From Chloroflexota bacterium (lineage in GTDB: Bacteria > Chloroflexota > Dehalococcoidia > UBA2979): a stretch of 64,000 nt of DNA. Below the pieces are notes generated by a model, which had not been told where the DNA came from, did no database searches, and was given only the letters and a program-made list of their open reading frames with translations. Below, one piece after another: positions 59,135 through 64,000 of the stretch. Each line of letters begins with the position of its first letter. Positions within the stretch are counted from its first letter, which is position 1. The DNA lies in contig JAQCIU010000003.1 of assembly GCA_027593235.1 (NCBI GenBank), forward strand, positions 32,001 to 96,000. Reading direction: 5' to 3'. Both the position numbers and the translations under genes were made by a program.

Positions 59135-59554
59135 ATGTTCAAACACGTTCTGGTTCCGATGGATGGTTCAGATCACGCACGCGCGGCGCTCGACCTCGCG
59201 GTCGAGTTGGCCGATGAGCACGATGCCGAGGTGACGGTGCTGGGCGCGCTGGACGCGGAGGCGCTGATGCAGGCGCCGTTCAACGCCGCGATCACGGACG
59301 CGTCGCTGGCGGCGTACCAGCGATACGTCGATGCGCAGCTCCTCCACGTGCCGGAGGCGCGGCGCGGCAAGGCCGTCGCTCGCTATGGTGAGCCGGCCAC
59401 CTTGATTTCCGCATACGCGAAGGAACAGGGCGCCGACGTAATCGTGATGAGCACCCACGGGTTGGGTGCGAAGGGCGGTTACGCACTCGGCAGTGTCGCG
59501 CTGAAGGTGTTGCAGCATGCGCCGTGTCCGGTCCTGTTGAAGCGGATCGACTGA
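59135..59554 (+). CDS. Universal stress protein
   Basis: VLVPMDGS, IVMSTHG...LGSVALKVL..APCPVL. Confidence 0.92.
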   Translation: MFKHVLVPMDGSDHARAALDLAVELADEHDAEVTVLGALDAEALMQAPFNAAITDASLAAYQRYVDAQLLHVPEARRGKAVARYGEPATLISAYAKEQGADVIVMSTHGLGAKGGYALGSVALKVLQHAPCPVLLKRID

Positions 59555-60348
59555 GCAGCGGGGCGCCGGGAGGCGGTCCCGGGACCGCCCTGTTCGGCGT
59601 CGATTCGGTTGTCCGACGGGTGAACGGCGAGGGCGCACTGCTGATCGGCGGCGGGCGGGCGTTGCTGATGCAGATCGCGCATCCGCTGGTGGCGCAGGGC
59701 GTCGCCGAGCACTCGGATTTCGCACACGATCGGATTGGGCGGCTGCTGCGGACGCTGCGGCCGGTCTACGCGATCAGTTTCGGGACACCGGCGCAGGCGG
59801 AGGCCGCCGCGGCACGCGTGCGGCATCGTCACGAGGCGGTGAGCGGCAGCGGCTATCGGGCGACCGATCCGGAGTTGCTGCTCTGGGTGCACGCGACGCT
59901 GATCGACTCCGCACTGCTGACGTACCAGCGGTTCGTGCAGCCGCTCTCGCGGCGCGATGCGGAGCGGTACTACGAGGAAAGCGGGCGGATCGGCGAGCTG
60001 TTCGGCGTGCCGCCTTCGATGCTGCCCGCTGACCTCGAGGGGTTCGAGCGGTACGTCGCGGGGACGGTGGCGGAACTGGCGGTGAGCGCAACGGCGAGGC
60101 GGATCGCGCAGACGATCTTCACGCCCGATCCGCTGTGGCTGGCGCCGGCGCTGCTGCTGGCACGGGAGGCGACGGCCGGGCTGTTGCCACCTCGATTGCG
60201 CGATCAGTACGGGCTGCGCTGGGGTTCACCTCGGGCGCGGCTGCTCAGCGGGCTGGCGGCCGGGTCGCGTGCGGTGCTGCCGCGGCTCCCGCGGACGTGG
60301 CGTGCGCCGCCTCGGCCGTTTCTCCCCGCGGGGGTCACCGTCGTGTAA
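59551..60348 (+). CDS. DUF2236/MpaB-like oxygenase family protein (CTG or upstream GTG start)
   Basis: GGGRALLMQIAHPLVAQGV, RHRH..V, DPELLLWVHATL. Confidence 0.85.
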   Translation: MSSGAPGGGPGTALFGVDSVVRRVNGEGALLIGGGRALLMQIAHPLVAQGVAEHSDFAHDRIGRLLRTLRPVYAISFGTPAQAEAAAARVRHRHEAVSGSGYRATDPELLLWVHATLIDSALLTYQRFVQPLSRRDAERYYEESGRIGELFGVPPSMLPADLEGFERYVAGTVAELAVSATARRIAQTIFTPDPLWLAPALLLAREATAGLLPPRLRDQYGLRWGSPRARLLSGLAAGSRAVLPRLPRTWRAPPRPFLPAGVTVV

Positions 60349-60419
60349 CTTCTGGTGGCTCGTGGTCGACGCCCGAACCGGGCGTGGCGGATGCGCGCTG
60401 GATCGAGGTTTCAGAGACC

Positions 60420-62114
60420 GTGACCGTGGAGACCCTGCCGCAATTGCTCGCGCAGAGCGTGGCGACGTACAGCGAACGGATGGCGTTCCGCGCGCCGTGG
60501 AACGGCGCGCTGGAGTCGATCACGTTCGCGGAGCTGGGCCTGCGGGCCGCCGGTGCCGCCGAGGCGCTGGCGAGCGACGTGCATCCGGGTGAGTTCGTAC
60601 TGCTGGGCGCGCCCAATTCGCTGCCGTGGGTAATCGCGTTCTACGGGATCCTCGTGCGTGGCGCGGTGCCGGTTCCGGTCGACACGGAGATGCCGGACGA
60701 GGCGCTGACCGCGATTGTCGCGGAGCTGCGGCCGGCGGCGGTGATTGGCGACGACGAGTTCCTGGAGCGGGTGGGTGAGCTGCGCACTCGCCGGATCTCC
60801 GTCGAGGAAGTGCACGACTGGCCGGAATCCGAGGCGCCGCTTGCTCCGGCAGGAGGCCCCGATCCGGATTCGGTGGCGTTGCTGCTCTACACCGGCGGGA
60901 CCACCGGGCACCCCAAGGGCGTGATGCTGAGTCACCGCAACATGCTGGCCGGCATCGAGGCGACGGTCGACGCGGCTGGGATCGTCGACGACGACGTGCT
61001 GTTCGTGGTGTTGCCGCTGTTCCACGTCTTCCCACTCACCACGGGCTGCCTGACGCCGATGGCCGCGGGGATCCCGGCCGAGCTGGAGTACCGGTTGCTG
61101 CGGGTGGCGTCGCGCGCGGCGGAGACGCCGCCGACGATCTTCCTGGGCGTGCCGGCGCTGTTCGAGACGCTGCTGCGACAGGTGGAGCGGAACGCGCACG
61201 GTGGCGTAAAGGGCGCCTATTTCAAGGCGGCGCGCGGTTTCAACACGTTCCTGATCCGCAGCATCGGCGTGAACCTCGGACGGTTGTTGTTCCGTCCGGT
61301 GCACCAGGCGCTGGGCGGGCGGCTGCGCTTCATGGTGAGCGGTGGGGCACGCCTCGATCCGGCGGTGCACCGCGGGATGATGGCGATCGGGCTGCCGGTG
61401 ATTCAGGGCTACGGGCTGAGCGAAGCGGCGCCGGTGGTGACCGGGCAGCGCTTCATTGGACGCGACTACTGGTGGCGGGCGCGCCGCTACTGGGGACAGA
61501 TCGGCTCGGTCGGCTGGCCGCTGCTCAACGTCGAGATCGCGATTGAGCCGGACGAGCATTCCGAGCCCGGCGAGGGGGAACTGGTGGTGCGCGCGCCGAA
61601 CGTCATGATGGGCTACTACCAGCGGCCGGCGGACACGGCGCGGGTACTGCGCGACGGGACGCTGCACACCGGCGACCTGGCGCGGATCGATAGCCGAGGG
61701 CACGTCTGGATTACGGGCCGCGCGAGCCTGGTGATCAGCATGCCGAACGGCAAGCAGGTGAACCTGGAGACGTTCGAGGCGGACCTGTTGGAGGCGGCGG
61801 AGATCGCGCAGATCCGGCTGACGGTGGAGCAGGAGCCGCACTGGCAGCTTGTGGCAACGGTGTTCCCGAGCGCGGACGCGCTGGCGCCCGGCGACATCAC
61901 TGATGCCGATCGACTGCAACGAGTGATCCGCGACGCGGTGCGGCGGGAGAGTCGGTCGTTGCCGTCCTGGCTGCGCGTGGACGAGGTGCGGCTCACCGAT
62001 GAGCCATTCCCGGTCACGCGCCTGGGCAAGCTGCGGCGCGTGGAACGGTCAGAGCACGCCTTCGACTTCGAACGGTGGCAGGGACACATACGCGCGCTGG
62101 TGGAGACGGCCTAG
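60420..62114 (+). CDS. Long-chain acyl-CoA synthetase (AMP-binding)
   Basis: YTGGTTGHPKG, GYGLSE, LHTGDL, TRLGK; start uncertain. Confidence 0.9.
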   Translation: MTVETLPQLLAQSVATYSERMAFRAPWNGALESITFAELGLRAAGAAEALASDVHPGEFVLLGAPNSLPWVIAFYGILVRGAVPVPVDTEMPDEALTAIVAELRPAAVIGDDEFLERVGELRTRRISVEEVHDWPESEAPLAPAGGPDPDSVALLLYTGGTTGHPKGVMLSHRNMLAGIEATVDAAGIVDDDVLFVVLPLFHVFPLTTGCLTPMAAGIPAELEYRLLRVASRAAETPPTIFLGVPALFETLLRQVERNAHGGVKGAYFKAARGFNTFLIRSIGVNLGRLLFRPVHQALGGRLRFMVSGGARLDPAVHRGMMAIGLPVIQGYGLSEAAPVVTGQRFIGRDYWWRARRYWGQIGSVGWPLLNVEIAIEPDEHSEPGEGELVVRAPNVMMGYYQRPADTARVLRDGTLHTGDLARIDSRGHVWITGRASLVISMPNGKQVNLETFEADLLEAAEIAQIRLTVEQEPHWQLVATVFPSADALAPGDITDADRLQRVIRDAVRRESRSLPSWLRVDEVRLTDEPFPVTRLGKLRRVERSEHAFDFERWQGHIRALVETA

Positions 62115-62171
62115 CCACAAGCGCGTGCAGCGAGGCGGCCGCACGGCGGCGAGCCCGCGAGGGTTCGAGGG

Positions 62172-63140
62172 TTATTGGGCGGTTGGCCAGTCGCTCGCCG
62201 CGGATGACAGCGGGACCTCGAGGGCATCATCGCCGGGAAGCGTAGTCGCGGAGGGGTTCGGAGCGGGCGCGTCCGCCGCCGAGGTGGCGCTCGTCGCGGC
62301 GGCGGCGGCGGCGGCAACGGCTGCGCGGTTGGCGGAGGCGACCTCGCGGGTGCGGCGTTCCTCGGCGGTGCGTTCGGAGCGGCGCTTCAGGTTCTGCAGG
62401 TGCGCCAGCATCATCACGACGTCGCCGGCTTCCCCGAGCAGGGCGGCGAGCTGCGCGAGCGGGCTGGCGGATGCGCGGCCGCGGATGCGCTCGACCAAGC
62501 GGGTGTTGTAGTCGTCGATCGGTTCGAGCCAGAAGAGCCAGCTCACGGTACCGAGGCGGCCCTCGCCGGCGAGCACGAGGAAGCGCTCCGGTTCGACATC
62601 GTGCACGCGGAAGGCGGTGCGCGGGCCGGTCGGCACCTCATCGCCGATCGCGAGCTGCTGGTATTGCGGGAGCGGGCGCTGTGCGCTGGGACGTCCGAGG
62701 TTGTCGAGCAGATCGAGCGAGTACCAGCCACCGCGGCCGTAGCCCATCTGAACGATCCAGGGCCAGATGTCGGATGCGCGGGCCTCGATGGTGATGGCGC
62801 GTGTGATCACCTCGGCGTGGCCGAAGAGGTCGTCGCCGGGGTAGGTGCGGCGGAGTTCGGCCTGGTTCGCACCGAGACGGCGGAGCCAGGGGCGAACGAG
62901 GAGCCAGCCGGTGCCGAGGTAGGCGAGCACGTTGACCGCGCGGAGGGCGCGCTGGCGCTTCGGGGTCGGCGGTTCGTACCAGGGCAGCCAGCGCCAATTC
63001 GGCAGCGACACCCAGTCCGGGAGCGCGCGCAGGAGGCGACGCCGCAGCGAGCGGCGACGACGAAGCGACAGCCCTCGGTGGCGCCGGGGTAGGTGAGGTT
63101 CGGGAAGCTGGGAGCGCCAGCTCCGGCTACGTCGGATCAC
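62172..63140 (-). CDS. SRPBCC-like protein with basic/membrane N-terminus
   Basis: PGDDL, TRAITIEA...IWPWIVQMGYGRGGWYS.D.LDN. Confidence 0.75.
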   Translation of the reverse strand: MIRRSRSWRSQLPEPHLPRRHRGLSLRRRRSLRRRLLRALPDWVSLPNWRWLPWYEPPTPKRQRALRAVNVLAYLGTGWLLVRPWLRRLGANQAELRRTYPGDDLFGHAEVITRAITIEARASDIWPWIVQMGYGRGGWYSLDLLDNLGRPSAQRPLPQYQQLAIGDEVPTGPRTAFRVHDVEPERFLVLAGEGRLGTVSWLFWLEPIDDYNTRLVERIRGRASASPLAQLAALLGEAGDVVMMLAHLQNLKRRSERTAEERRTREVASANRAAVAAAAAAATSATSAADAPAPNPSATTLPGDDALEVPLSSAASDWPTAQ

Positions 63141-63177
63141 GGTCGTTCCCCGTGCATGGTCATTCCGCCCGCCGGAT

Positions 63178-63253
63178 TGTGGATGAGCGTATCACTCATC
63201 GGCATTCACCGATGATCGGCTGGTTTGTCCACAACTGGCAAGACCGTGGATAG
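63178..63253. promoter_or_regulatory. Cluster of three DnaA-box-like 9-mers
   Basis: TCATCCACA (rc, 63178-86), TTGTCCACA (63225-33), CTATCCACG (rc, 63245-53). Confidence 0.4.
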
Positions 63254-63256
63254 CGG

Positions 63257-63928
63257 TCAGCGTTGCCGCTTCGCCAGCCAGTCGCGAATAAAGGGGTTCG
63301 AGGCGCGCTCGTCGCCGATCGAGGTTTGCTGCATGTGGCCGGGCAGCACCGTGGTCTCGTCCGGAAGCGCGAGCAGGCGATCGCAGATGCTCGTCATCTC
63401 CTCGTCGAAGTCGCCGCCGGGAAAGTCGGTGCGGCCGATTGAACCTCGGAAGAGGGTGTCGCCGCTGAAGAGCAGGCCTTCGTCGGCGTAGTAGCTCACG
63501 GAGCCGGGCGTGTGGCCGGGCGTGGCGATCGCGCGGAGGCGCAGCCCGGCCACCTCGAGGATGTCGCCGTCGCTGACGAAGGCGGTTGGATCGGGCGGCG
63601 GGTCGTTGGGATCGAGGCCGAAGCGCTCCGCCGAGCTGCGGAAGCCGTCGCGGAGGAGCGCCAGATCGGCCTCGTGGAGGAGGAACCCGGCGCCGGTGGC
63701 GCGATGCACGCCGGCGACGCCGAGGATGTGATCGATGTGGGCGTGCGAGTTGGCGATGACCTTGATCGTCACGCCCATGTCCTTCGCGAGCGCGAGCACC
63801 TCGTCCGGCTGATCGCCGGGGTCGATACAGATCGCCTCGCCAGTCTGGCGGCTGCCGACCACCCAGCAGTTCTCCTGGAACACGCCGACGACGATGCCGC
63901 GGACCATCAGTTCGTTCGCTACTTCCAT
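63257..63928 (-). CDS. MBL-fold hydrolase (glyoxalase II/GloC-like)
   Basis: IDPG, SHAHIDH, TPGHTPG, FSGDTLF..SIGRTD, PGH. Confidence 0.92.
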   Translation of the reverse strand: MEVANELMVRGIVVGVFQENCWVVGSRQTGEAICIDPGDQPDEVLALAKDMGVTIKVIANSHAHIDHILGVAGVHRATGAGFLLHEADLALLRDGFRSSAERFGLDPNDPPPDPTAFVSDGDILEVAGLRLRAIATPGHTPGSVSYYADEGLLFSGDTLFRGSIGRTDFPGGDFDEEMTSICDRLLALPDETTVLPGHMQQTSIGDERASNPFIRDWLAKRQR

Positions 63929-64000
63929 TGGTCCACGGTCCCCCCGGCGTCGCGCCGCGTCAAGCGCGACCGGCGTCGCCTCGGCGCGACCGGGACCTCG

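Overview
This 64 kb window is high-GC bacterial chromosome, densely coding and mostly housekeeping or catabolic. The gene mix (LLM/F420 oxidoreductases, paired CaiB CoA transferases, a thiolase with DUF35 partner, several SDRs, a baeRF-type release factor, HAIR-controlled clpB) suggests Chloroflexota, possibly Dehalococcoidia-like; the taxonomy is inference only. I found no rRNA, tRNA, CRISPR array or intact transposase. The main observation is a 36-codon ORF missed by the ORF track (27569-27679). It has its own promoter, operator, RBS and terminator, and reads like a lasso-type RiPP precursor: YxxP...G-x5-T leader and core LVICTFPDQLNCQF with Asp8 and two Cys. It converges on an S9 peptidase, and no maturase genes are in the window. 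Other observations: a 54-bp element duplicated downstream of both adenylate cyclase genes, several genes that seem to need CTG or ATC starts, single in-frame nonsense codons in clpB and an ABM gene, candidate regulatory boxes (MprA-like, HAIR, CsoR-like, DnaA-like), and several enzymes with substituted catalytic motifs. All protein calls come from motif recognition, not database searches.
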